Under the pieces are notes generated by a model that was not told where the DNA came from, searched no databases, and was given only the letters and a program-made list of their open reading frames with translations. Below are positions 44,182 through 56,616 of a stretch of DNA of 64,000 nt, one piece after another. Positions within the stretch are counted from its first letter, which is position 1. Every line of letters starts with the position of its first letter. Both the position numbers and the translations under genes were made by a program. Location: NCBI GenBank assembly GCA_030704615.1, contig CM060733.1, positions 18,910,001 through 18,974,000 on the forward strand. The letters run 5' to 3'. The stretch comes from Takakia lepidozioides. Its lineage: Eukaryota; Plantae; Bryophyta.

Positions 44182-46755
44182 TACTCAGATAGTGATCCAA
44201 GGCTACCACTTTTTCTTATTTATTTTGGTAAAAGGGGACTCCACCCCATAGAAAAGGTGGAAAAAATAACCACCATGAGGCCCGCACTCAAGCTACCCTT
44301 GAACATAAGTAAGGGAATAGAGAGAAGACTTCGGCCAGAGCCTGCCTAACTAAGAGCCACTTCACTTGCGGCTACTACCCCCTTTGTAAGGGAACATATA
44401 GGAGGATGGCGGAGAGCTCCGCTGGCCCAGAATGTGGATGAGACTTAACCGTTTATGAGCCTCCTTTCCTTCTGTCCCCTCCCCTCGGTTTTTCGTTTCT
44501 CCTTCTAGCGAAGGCCTTTTCTCTCTGTATTGTTGTTTTCCTTCATCCGTTGTGTCTCATGAACAATTTGTGGTTCGCTTCTTCATCTCATTCCTCCGTT
44601 GCTTCTGATGAAGGGTCTTGTGATTCATCTCTTCATCATCTTATTTTCTTCCTCTCGTTCATTCATATCCTCCTCTCTAAATTTAGGTTAGGGCTCTCCT
44701 CCTGGTGGCGGCCCTGCAGGCGTGCTGATTCATGTTCTTCATGACTCTACGAATATTTGTCGGCGCTCTAATCTCTATGGCGCCTTGCCGGTCTTTCTTC
44801 GAACGTCGTGTTGCATTGTGGAAGGGTGTTTCCTTCTTTAATTCTGGCACCTTGATGATGTTGTCCCATCCGCCTCCTGCCCCACCGAGTAACTATCTTC
44901 GTTCTCTCCCGGAGATAGTGCTCATTTTGGTGCCTTTGTCGGCTCCATCCTGCCCAACCATCATGACATTTCTGATCCCCTTAGTTTTGACAACAGCGGA
45001 GGTCCCTAAGACGGCTATAGAGACAATGGTCTACCACGCACTGTGGTTGCCTGAAGCGGCAAGGATCCCGAAATCTATCAAACTCCCCTCCCTTGATGGC
45101 CTTCATTTCTGTTGTCGCTCAAGAAGATGTGCTCTCTATTGATTGCCACCACTGCCACCGTGAAGGGCACATGAAAGCTGATTGCCCATAGGTCCATAAA
45201 AAGGGTCAATTCAGATGTTCTCGCTTCTCACAAACTTGGTAATGTTGATATTAATAGTCGGAAAGATGTGTAGGTGGCTGGTAAGGAATAGGCTCAATTC
45301 CTCACCCTTTGAACAACCGCATGCTCAGGTTGGACTAAAGCGCAATTAATCACATTTTCCTTTGTATTTTTCAAAAAATAGATTGAGGAGACGGCAAAAA
45401 CACATCATTAATTGCCACTTTACAACCCATTATAATATTTCATTTTAATGTACTATTTCGAGCACTTCATTTAAAGCAGTAAAGCAGTGGTTGCGCCAAC
45501 TTCCGCAATCGCAATTGCCACTGGGTTGCAGTATTTATTGACACATATAGTTAAGAAGCTATGAAAAGACTTGAAAAGTATATTCTATCCAATGTATATT
45601 CCAAATTTGAATTTTATAATAAGGTAAATCAAATTTATGATTTTTCAATCTAGGATATGTAAATTTGCATCAATTGTTTTTTAAAGGCCTGACATAGGCC
45701 AGATATATTGGTAATGAGGAAAACATAACCTCACATGAGAAAGGGGACACCGCCCCGTAACAAAAAAAAAAAACTATTATTTTAATGGACATGGGATAGA
45801 GGCCCTGGAAATTTTTATTTTTTTTAAAGACACATAAAAGACAAATAAAGTACTAAGGATTTAAAACCTAATTACTTTTTTTTTTTTCAAATGTTTCAAA
45901 GTTAATGGTTTAAGGTTATTTTCTACGTATTCCCGTTCATGTTCGTCTTATGTTCATTTCTTGCTTCCACATTTTAGTCATTCTTTCACTTGCACATTCT
46001 CGAAAGGTCATGGCTACAAGTTCTAGTTCAAGTGCTAGCATCCATATACAAAGGGCCAATCCAATTGACATTCTAGTCAATAGGCATTTTAGCGAGTATG
46101 CTTATTTTAAATGGAAACATAGTGGCAAGAGAGTGCGAGATGGGAAGAGAATTGTTGTAGTGCACAGATAGGTTCCAAAAGGTGTGACAAAAGATGAGGG
46201 TTAGCAAGAAGATTTGGAGTGGAACAAGTTCAAGCTATTTCATGAGTTTATAGAGGAGATGAGAATCATAAGAGATAATATGCCCAACAGCATCACAATC
46301 ACCTATTTGAGTTTGTAGAGAGTTGGATGCGCCACCGACATTCCAGTTCAACAGAAAAAACACCTTGCATCGGGGAGAAGCCCAAAGGAATCAACTTGGC
46401 ACAGTGATACAAAGATCATGGTTTGGAGTGGCCCGTGAAGTTGATCACCATTTCCCAAACCTCACAGATGCATATCTAGTTGAAGTGCTTGGATTAGGAT
46501 TAGAGTTATTATTTAAATTGCATAATCTAATAGGATAAGTCTTTATTTGTAGGTCTAGAACACCAATAATAATAATAATATTTGACGCCTCCCGACGCAA
46601 GCGTAAATTATGGTGTCTCTTCACCCCGAAAGGGTTATTGTCTTTCGTTAGGAAAGTGGACACCTTTGTGACACACCTTTGTGACACCAATCGGTGGAGT
46701 GAAATCAATAGTATGTAGACTCAAAAAATAGGTTTTCAGAAACAAATCTCAACAA

Positions 46756-46959
46756 ATGAGAGGTCAATGGACTGATGATGCTCTTGAAGAAGCAATGGAT
46801 GCAGTGGAATCTGGCAACATCAACATGAGAGGAGCTAGTCGTCATTGGCACATTCCAGTAAGTTCATTGGCTGACCACTTAAATGGAAGAACAAAACAAA
46901 GGAAGATTGGGCCTAAAGGTGTGCTTACAGCAGATGAAGAAAAACAACTGGTAGATTGA
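46756..46959 (+). mobile_element. Truncated pogo/Tigger (CENP-B-type) transposase N-terminal HTH
   Basis: RGQWTDDALEEAMDAVESGNINMRGASRHWHIPVSSLADHLNG...GPKGVLTADEEKQLVD* (HTH_psq pattern); no DDE domain seen. Confidence 0.75.
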
Positions 46960-48079
46960 TGAAATGGACAGTAACAACTGCTGGAGTCAATATCTTGTCC
47001 ACAAGACAAAAAAGTCAGACCATACGTACCAGGAGGTGGAAAGAACTAACCAAAGGGCTATTGCTCGCAAGTGTGATAGTGTTTTGCCATTTGTAGAGGT
47101 AATTGCTAGGATTCAGGAACAATGGAGAGATAATAAAAAGGGATTTCTCACTGCATCAACTAATACTATGCCTTGAGAAAGAAAAATGGTTTGCTAGGAC
47201 ACAACCAACACATACCTTAGTAGTGATCTTGCACTTGTAGCTTGTAAGTTGGAAACGCCAGAGCTTAGAATAGAAGAAACACAATCTTTCCACCTACGTC
47301 TGTACCTACATGCCAAGCAAGAACGAGGGGGAAGGAATGGAGTGGTATTATACACAGCAAAACCAAAAAATGGTGGCCAAGAGTATCTTGGCATGCGTTG
47401 ACAGTCCTTGTGAAAGCACCTGAAGAATATGACCAAGAAGCTGATGACGATTGACGCGATGTCTTAATTGTGACAACAACAACACGACTGCTGAAGTCTA
47501 TTTTTCTCTCGAGATCCAAGTTGAGAAGCAGCAGACCTGAAAACATTAGATTAGACATCGATGAAGTTAAAACACGGCTGAGACATAAGTTGCTCATAGT
47601 TTCTTAGACGCTAGTTTCTTTGTCACCAACTAATACATACCTTTACGACCTCTGGCCTCTCTGGCCTCTCAAGCTGAACCTAAAAAAGATGTTTGAAATA
47701 ACAAACTATCTAGATGTCGATACAACAATACGTCATGTACACCGAGATATGACAGAAATGTGAAATGTGATAGGGCGCAGTTGCATACCTCACCACTTGT
47801 ACTCTAACCTCTCCTCTCTAAGACTGCATTTCTCTCGCATTTCCACGAAGTAAACTTGAAAATGATGCTTCAGTGAGTAAAACGCCTCTTCATATTTCAA
47901 CGCATTAACATGAAAGAAAAGAAGGTGAGGCGTTAGTGACAAAATGTCAAGGCATAGTATTAGTTAATATATGATATTAGTCATACGTTGCAGCTAACCC
48001 CCCGATCTGACCTCGACTTCATCACGTCGGGAGCTTAAGGGGGGGAGAGAAAGAGAGAGTTCCTTCTCTCCTGAACCTT

Positions 48080-48495
48080 TTTGAAAAAGGCAAAGAAATC
48101 CATGGTGACGTCCTAAGAGCTGGAATTGTATCAGATGTCATTCTGAACCCTACCTTGGTGGACATGTAATTCAAAAGCGGGTGCAACAAGGTGATTTAAC
48201 TAGATGTAGTGGCTGAACGAGATGTGGTGTTGTGGAACGTGATGAATGCATGATATGCACAGGAGGGGTGCGGGATGAAGGCTTTGGCATAGAGACCTAT
48301 GAGCAAATGATGCGGGGAGGGTTGAAGTTGGACTAGATTATGTTCGTTTGTGTTTATAATGCATGAATAACCATGCAAGAGCCCTCGAAAAAAGCAAAGA
48401 GTTCCATGGTGATGTTGTCAAAGCTAGGGTCATATCAGATGTCATTCTGAACAGTACCCACGTCAACATGTATGTCAAATGTGGGAGCAACGAGA
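48080..48495 (+). pseudogene. PLS-class PPR gene fragment
   Basis: GKEIHGDVLRAGIVSDV..TLVDM, ERDVVLWNVM, SKEFHGDVVKA..NMYVKCGS, with stops and frameshifts. Confidence 0.8.
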
Positions 48496-49598
48496 TCTGT
48501 TATTATTATTATTGTTTTTTTTCTTTTTGTTTGCCTCTCTCTCTCCCTACTTAGGCCAAGGAAGACGGGGGAGGGAGGGAGAGAGCAGCAGCAGCAGTTG
48601 CTGCACACAAATCACCCCCATTTTTTTCGTTTAATTTCTTCTTGTTTTGGTTTAAGTGGCAATAGCAGCGGCAACATCACAATTGATAGAACAAGGCACC
48701 TTCCTCAACACATTTCAGCCTATCAATGGAAAATAAATTTTATATTAATTTTTACTTGTCACACAAGTTTTTTTGAATTTTTTTGAAATCTGATCTATAA
48801 ATTGTCCATAATTTTGTATTAAAAATTAGACATAAATAAAAGGTTTACTGGCTCTGCCTTCCTAAGGCAAGACTACGCAATGGGTTTCAGCTGCTTTAGC
48901 ACCGATACTTTCGATTAGACTTCCAATTCGATTGAGACAGTTGTCAAGAGAATATTCCGTCTTTTAATGAATGACATCCGTTCAACTTCTTGTGCATGCC
49001 ATAAATGAAAGTCCATTGGATATTACCGTGCGTGCCACCTGGGTGATTCAGGGCTCAAATCCTATTACCTTGATATTTAGACTAATTATGTGATCTTCCA
49101 AATTTTTACTACCTATTCATAATTACTATATGGCAGGGCTTGCATGAATTCCATGCATTTATTATATTCACTGAATGAACACATGAATACATACAACAGG
49201 GTGTAGTTATTCATTAATTATATTTTTTATATAAATATTGTAGGGGTTTTAACAATTTTCTTAAAATATGTATACATATGATAAATTCATGAATTAAGCT
49301 ATATACATGGGTATTGTTTATTGGCTGATGCACGCACGTGATATGGTCTTTTTATGAAGAGTGCACCGCCCAGGCTCATATTATAGTTCTCAACAATAAT
49401 CAATAACAAATAATTACCATCTCCAACTATGCAACTCTAATTTGATGCATAGTACCTGCCTTTATGAACTTGATGACAAGCAATTAAGTTCAATTCAACT
49501 CAAAGGGTTCTGCACCTCTTCTTTTTTTCAAAAATATTTTAAAGAAAAAATGTTAAGCCAACAAAAATGGTATCAATAGAAGCATAATACTAATGTGT

Positions 49599-52500
49599 TG
49601 TCACGGATATAGCCCAAAGGAACTTACTACGCATAAATACCAAAAGTTACTAAATTACCATGTTACCAAAAGTTACCGTGATCTACCATGATTTACCATT
49701 AGTTACCAAGTTACCGGGAGTTTATCAAATTATCAGGAGTAACTTGGGAAACTGCTCAGGAAGTTTCCTTGGAAGAAACTCTCCATCAAGATACCTCTTT
49801 TGTTTAAAGAAACTTCTCCATCAAGAAACCTCATAGTAGCCAATATATATAGGAGGCGAGGTTGGACACCCTTCAGTCTCGCCAACACCAGTTCAAACTA
49901 TTCTTGTTTTCAGTTCCCAGTACTTTAGCCCAGTTTCCAGTATCTGGTACTCCAGTCCAGTTTCTAGCATTCTAATATTCAAGTCGTATTCCAATATCTT
50001 GTACTCTTGTTCATTGTTATAAAGATCATCTTGATTCTTATTTACTCATCGTGCATTCGGCTACGCCGACTTGGACTTCTTGTCTAGTCTTGTACCTCTA
50101 GTCTGATCTCTTGTTTGTGTTCAATCATGTTCTCGTCCTTGACAGTTTGGCGAGACTAAAGTTTGTTCCTTAGTTAGTTAAGATGGAATTGACAAAGACT
50201 TTGCGAAGCAACACAATTTAACGCTCTTAAGAAAGAAATTATCGGCCCCTGTTGAAGTCATCGATGAACGACCGTTAGCATCAGGAAATATTGACCATGA
50301 AACTCGAATACAATGTTATGTCTTTCGGTCTTACAAATGCTCCAGCAATTTTTCAACACATGATGAATGACATATTTCGAGAATTTTTAGATGACTTTAT
50401 AATCATCTATTTGGACAATATTTTGACATTTTCACATAATGAAGAAGAAAATGATCGTCATGTACGCCTTGTCCTTGATAAATTGAGGGAAAAAAAGACT
50501 ATATGTCAAGTTGGAAAAATATCTTTTCCTCAATCTGAAGTCGAATTTTTGGGCTACATTATTTCCGACAAATGAGTCTTTATGGATCAGAAGAAAATAC
50601 AAACAATCATCGAGTGAATTAAACCAACTTCGGTCCGAGATGTACAATGTTTTCTAGGATTTGCAAATTTCTATAGAATCTTTATCAATGACTACTCCAA
50701 AATTGTTGCACCATTGACACGACACAGGGAAGGAAAAATTTATATAAGACGAGAAGGCTGACCAAACATTTAAAAAGCTGAAGCAAGCATTTACAACAGC
50801 TCCAATATTGGTACATGCAGACCCATCTAAACCATTATTTTTAGAAGCAGATGCATCGGACTTTGCACTTGGCGCGGTACTCTCCCAATACGGTACAGAT
50901 GGCCAACTTCACCTTGTTGGTTCTCGTTCTCGCAAATTTTCCGCTACGGAGATCAATTATGAAATCCATGAGAAAGAACTTCTAGCGATTATCGATGTTT
51001 TTGAGGAGTGACGTCATCTATTGGAGGGAGCTAAACATCAGGTCATTATCTATACCGATCACAAAAACCTCGAGTATTTTATGAGTGCTCGTGTTTTGAA
51101 TCGACGTAAAGCCAGATGGGGTATGTTACTAGCAAGATTTAATTTTGTTATTATCTATCGCCCCAGACATCTTCAAGGGAAACCCGATGCTCTTTCTCGA
51201 CGATCATATCTTGCGCCGAAACAAGGGGAGACAGCTTTCGACCAACAAAAATCCATCATCTTGAAACCAACAAATCTCCAATTGAATATGTTATCCATGT
51301 CCACCTATGACGATGCAGAGATCATAAAGGAGATTCAGGAAGCACTGAAGAGCGACCAATTTGCTACGACACTACGCAGTCAACTAAATCGACCTCGAGA
51401 TAACCCACAAGTTAAAAACGACTTCGAATTCAAAGATGATTTACTTTATTTCAAGGGAATTCTTTATGTACCTCCAGGACCTACACGACTTCGAATTCTT
51501 CAAACATATCATGATCTTCCGGCTGCATGACATTTCGGCTTCAACAACACATTTCATTCCATGTAATAAGACGGTTACCGGCGAAGAAATTGCAATACTC
51601 TTCCTCAATAATATCTACCGCATTCATGAACTCTTGAAGGACATCGTATCTGATCGAGGACCACAGTTCATATTAAATTTTTGGAGGGGATTATTTCACA
51701 TATTGGATACTAAGATCAACCTCTCTACAGCAAATCATCCACAGACTGATGATCAAACCGAACGTGTAAACTAGATTTTGGAGCAGTATCTTCGCTGTAC
51801 AATAAATTATCATCAAGACAATTGGACGGACCTTCTGTCATTGGCTGAGTTTGCCTACAACAACTCTATGCATTCTTCGACCAAACAAACTCCATTTTTC
51901 TCCAATTATGGTCATCATTCTTGAGCAAACCCTTTCCACATGAAGACTGTTGAAAGTCATGCTGCAGAAAACCTTGTTACGATTCACAAGGAGCTTACAT
52001 TCCACTTCGTAGAAACTCAAAAACAATACAAGGAGTATGCAGATAAACGTCGTCAACTCCAACCCCAGTTCAAGGTCGGAGATCGTGTGTGGCTTCTTCG
52101 ACGGGATATACAAACCTCGCGACCATCAAGGAAATTGGATTACCAACGTCTGGGACCATTCAAACTTATTCGACAAAATAAATCCGGTCAGTTTTCGGCT
52201 TGAACTCCCACAAAGTATGCACATCCATCCAGTCTTTCATGTTTCATTGTATCATCCATCGAATATTCTAGGGAGAGTCTCCGTACCACCTCCACCAATC
52301 GAAGTCAATCAGGAAATTGAGTATGAAGTCGACGAAGTCCTAGAGTCTCGCATCAAGTATAAATGTCTTGAGTATTTCGTATATTGAAAAGGCTACGACA
52401 TCAGCGAACGAACGTGGGAACCTTCATCCAACCTCGCCAATGCATCTGACAAAGTCCAAGAGTTTCATCAACGATATCCAGCTAAGCCCTGAGCTCCACG

Positions 52501-53654
52501 TCAATAAGACGTCACAACGATGATGTCAGCCAAGTTAGCTTCAAGGTGAAGACTCCACATTCAGTGTACTTGATACACGCTAATAAAGAAGGATCATCAC
52601 ACATCAATATATAGCTACACTTCCAGCACTCTTGCATCTTGTATTGACAGCATGGAGTCACAGGAACCAGATCCATTGGAGCTGTCATTTACCCAACTAC
52701 CAGATCAGTCGTTCCGACTCTCACGACCTTCAACATCACGCCGACGCTCTCGAGACGATGGACCACCAATGCGACGCGTACTTCTTCGTCTGGACCCCGT
52801 ACGACGACAAGTGGAGCCTACTCGAAGTCTGTTAATTATGTTGGAGGTTGAGGCTTCGAACCCAGAGGGCAACGAAATCGTTTGAAGACAGTTTTGAGAA
52901 TCAGAATACTCAAATCATTGCGTGTTCCTAAGTTCAAGATGTTGGACACTATCGATGGTTGCAAGGACCTGTAAATCATTTGAGTCAAGATCGAAGAGTC
53001 GAATACTTGACAAGTACCATTCGTCGGATTTTGGATTTTCTCCAACTCTAAGCAAGACCAAGATTTTACCGCTCCTCGAGGAACTCGGCGCTAGTGGAGG
53101 GGGTGATGTCACGGACATAACCCAGAGGAACTTACTAGGAGTAAATACCAGAAGTTACCAAGTTATCATGTTACCAAAAATTACCGTGATCTATCATGAT
53201 TTATCATTATTTACCGGGAGTTTACCAAATTATCAAGAGTAACTTGGGAAACTGCTCAGGAAGCTTCCTTGGAAGAAATTTCTCCATCAACATACCTCAT
53301 TTGTTTAAGGAAACTTCCCCATCAAGAAACCTTTGTTTAACCTTGGAAACTTCTCCATCAAGAAACCTCCTAGTAGCCAGTATATATATGAGGCGAGACT
53401 GGACACTCTTCAGTCTCGCCAACACCAGTTCAAGCTACTCTTATTTCCAGTTCCCAGTACTCCAATCCAGTTTCCAACATTCCAGTATTCAAGTCATGTT
53501 CCAATATCTTGTACTCTTGTTCATTGTTATAAAGATCGTCTTGATTCCTATTTACTCATCGTGCATTCGGCCACGCCAACTTTGACTTCTTGTCTAGTCT
53601 TGTGCTTCTAGTCTGATCTCTTGTTTGTGTTCAGTCCTGTTCTCGTCCTTGACA
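49599..53654 (+). mobile_element. Ty3/gypsy chromovirus (Tcn1/Tf1-like), internally deleted
   Basis: LTRs 49599-50144 and 53107-53654 (TG...CA), TSD TGTGT, PPT before 53107. Protease scrap, RT (YLDNIL), RNase H (DASD, YTDHKNL), integrase (SDRGPQF) and chromodomain (YEVDEVLESR); many stops. Confidence 0.95.
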
Positions 53655-54780
53655 TGTGTCATCACTCTTATCCATAAGAAAAATGATCAGGACAACCTTT
53701 CTAATTACAGACCAATCCCTTTTCTGGACTCCTCTTACAAAATAATTGCTTTAAGGCCCTTGCGATTCGCTTACAGCCCCAGCTAGCCAAGCTTGTCCGT
53801 CCTAAACAGACTGATTTTCTGAAGCATAGGATGATCCTAGACAATATCCTACTGGCTAATGAGGCCCTACACCTTGGCTATGCTCATGCTTGACTTTGAG
53901 AAAGCTTTTGACAATATAAATTGGGAATACCTTCTAAGTGCACTCAATACGACGGAAATCAATGGTAATTTCCAATGTTGGGCGGTTATTTACTCGTCTC
54001 TAATAACAATTGGTTATCTATCCGGTTATATATATAACCGCAAGAGATGAAAAATTGAAATAACCGGTCCCGTTAGGAACCGGCAGAGTGTAGGCATACA
54101 AGTAACCGGTCCCAATAGTAACCGGCGGAGGCCAACATTTTAGAAATTGATGTAGACAACCGGTTGGGTGTTTTTTAAGTGGACGGTTATGAATATATAT
54201 ATTGGGTCTAATAACCTAAGGTTATGAGTGGCGGTTCTGAGGTGTGTCCTTGGCTAAATTCATGAATGGGCTTGCGAGGGCTTCATATATTGAAGCACAT
54301 TGAAACATTATGATAGGACATTGTATTTTTTGAAATCCCCATTGATGAGCCCACTTCATTTAGTAATTCCAGATGCATGTGTCATATATCTAAAATATAT
54401 CTGAAAGCCAGCTGTATTGTACAGGCTTGAAAATCTATTTATGATTGATAGAAGTTTCAGCTATAATTTCATATTATTTTTTAAATAAATAAATAAATAT
54501 ACATAATCGGTTAACCCTCAGTTATAGCAAAAATGATAACCAGATTTATGGATACCCGGCTGAAAAAACATATCACTCTTAACCGCAACCGGCAGGTTAT
54601 TAGAAAGTCAATAAATCGAAGTAACCGGCCGACAAGGTTCTTTCAATAGAGTTCCAATGTAACCGCAACCACATGTTAGCAAAAAATATAAATAACCGCC
54701 CAACATTGGTAATTTCCTCAAATGGATACAAATACTGCTTTCATCTGCCTCCAACAAGGCTTTACTCATCTCTTGAATGT
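53655..54780 (+). mobile_element. LINE RT fragment interrupted by the LTR element and a hAT MITE
   Basis: ITLIHKKND..SNYRPI...LDFEKAFDNINW; reading resumes after 54716 (LKWIQIL). Confidence 0.75.
53973..54708. mobile_element. Non-autonomous hAT element
   Basis: Perfect 19-bp TIR CAATGTTGGGCGGTTATTT; 8-bp TSD GTAATTTC (53965-53972 / 54709-54716); subterminal TAACCG repeats. Confidence 0.9.
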
Positions 54781-55576
54781 GTCATCCTTGGAAAACAAAT
54801 CTTCATATAGGGAGAATGGTTGTTTGGAAAAGTTTCTTGTTGTAAACATGTGTGGTTATGAATTCAATTGGTTGTCGGATCCCATGTTTATCGAGGTTTC
54901 TTGTCATCTTTTCCCAGAGCAAAAGTATTCCATTCAATCGGTTCTCTTCGAATGAATTAGGTATCCTCTACTCTAAATCTATATGGAATCCATATCAAAA
55001 TAATAGCTTGGGAATTGAGTTTTTTCTGGAATGGAGCTTGTTCTACTCAGATTAAGTCTAATCAACGTATATGTATATTGCATTTTCGATGTGATCACTG
55101 TCAGGACAACAAATGTATGTTATAGAGAAGATCTAAAATATTTAATATAGAAACCTATTGTGAGAATATAATTTACACAAACATAATTGTGACCTATAGG
55201 TTTATAATATCAAAAATGTGTATAATAAATTTGTCATATTAAAGTTTCGCAGAAAAATGTCGCATACATAACATGTTTGGATGTGACTCTAATGTGAACT
55301 TCGCTTTAAATATCTGCTCGTAGTTCTTGTTGCCTTATTCATTTGTTGTGATTCGTGCTCATTTGAGCATAGTTTTATACAATTTAAAGTTAGTCTTCTT
55401 ATTTCTGTTGCATGAGCATAGACACCGTTTGCTATGGAATATTCTTTGGATATCTTAAATTTACTCGTTATATTCTACTTGTTCATGAGCATGCTCACCC
55501 ACTACACAACCTCTAAAAGTAGTCTTTAGGGGGTCATAATTTGACTCTAGAAATTATACGTAGGTGGGGACTTTAA

Positions 55577-56572
55577 CCCTTAAGTTTCCAAGCCCTTTTT
55601 GGACTTTTTACCAATTTTGGGTACCCAGCTGCAGTAAATTGCCCCTAGAAACTTACCAAAAATCATCCAGAGATTCCAGCCTTATAACAGTGGGCCCAGC
55701 TCATTTATGCATGACATACCAAAAAATGAGCCAAGTCCACCGTGTAAATTGTGAGATTATAATGGTGGCCCGGACCTCAAATATCGGGTCCCAAAGAAAA
55801 AGTGAGAAAGAAATTGGTTTGACCAAATCAAAACCTAGCTTTATCCAATTTTGCTTGCCCCAAGACCCACCATTTCCAAATCAATAGTGGAGTGGCTATG
55901 ACCCCACTAAATTGCAGGGCCAACTGATTTTTTCACCTATGGTTGTTTTGCATGCAATTACATAGGGGTTGAAATCTCAAAATTGACAAGAGAAAATGTG
56001 CCTCCAAATTAAGTACTTTTAAAAAAAAAAGCCAATGGTGGATGTGTGTATGTAATGCTCAACAAAATTGCTAATTTTCTGCAAAACAAATGGCCTTTGG
56101 AGTGCAATCTAAATTCTGATGCCTACTAGCATTTCAAGCGAAGCTTTGGCAGTATTTTCCGACGGAATATACTCTATTATGGAGGCCACATTTTGGCCGT
56201 CTCCCCTTACCCTTTATATTGCAGCGGCTGGCCCGCGGAGAGCCCTGCGTTTCATCCTGTCAAACCCGTCCCAAAAATAAAGGCCATTGGGTGGGCTGCC
56301 GGCACGCCCTAAACATGTTTTGGGCTTGTTTACCTGCCACGTTAGTGGTCAACAGGCCCTTTTCAGGCCCAAAACGTGATAAATTATCTAAGATATTTTA
56401 TGTAGGTCGTAGTTTTTAAAAAAATAAAATAAAAAATCTGTTTGCATCATACTCGGGACAAATCCCTTGTCATTAAAGCTTCAGGAGTGGCCCCATCAGA
56501 TTAGATCTGCAAATTTTAGGTTGAACTGAAAATTCAAAGTGACCTGATTTAGGTCGCTTGGGAACTTAAGGG
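55577..56572. mobile_element. piggyBac-like non-autonomous element
   Basis: TTAA on both sides (55573-55576, 56573-56576); TIR CCCTTAAGTTTCCAAGC, 16/17 identical. Confidence 0.75.
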
Positions 56573-56616
56573 TTAAAAGTGAATGAGGATAGTTGGCATT
56601 GAATTTATCCAAATAT

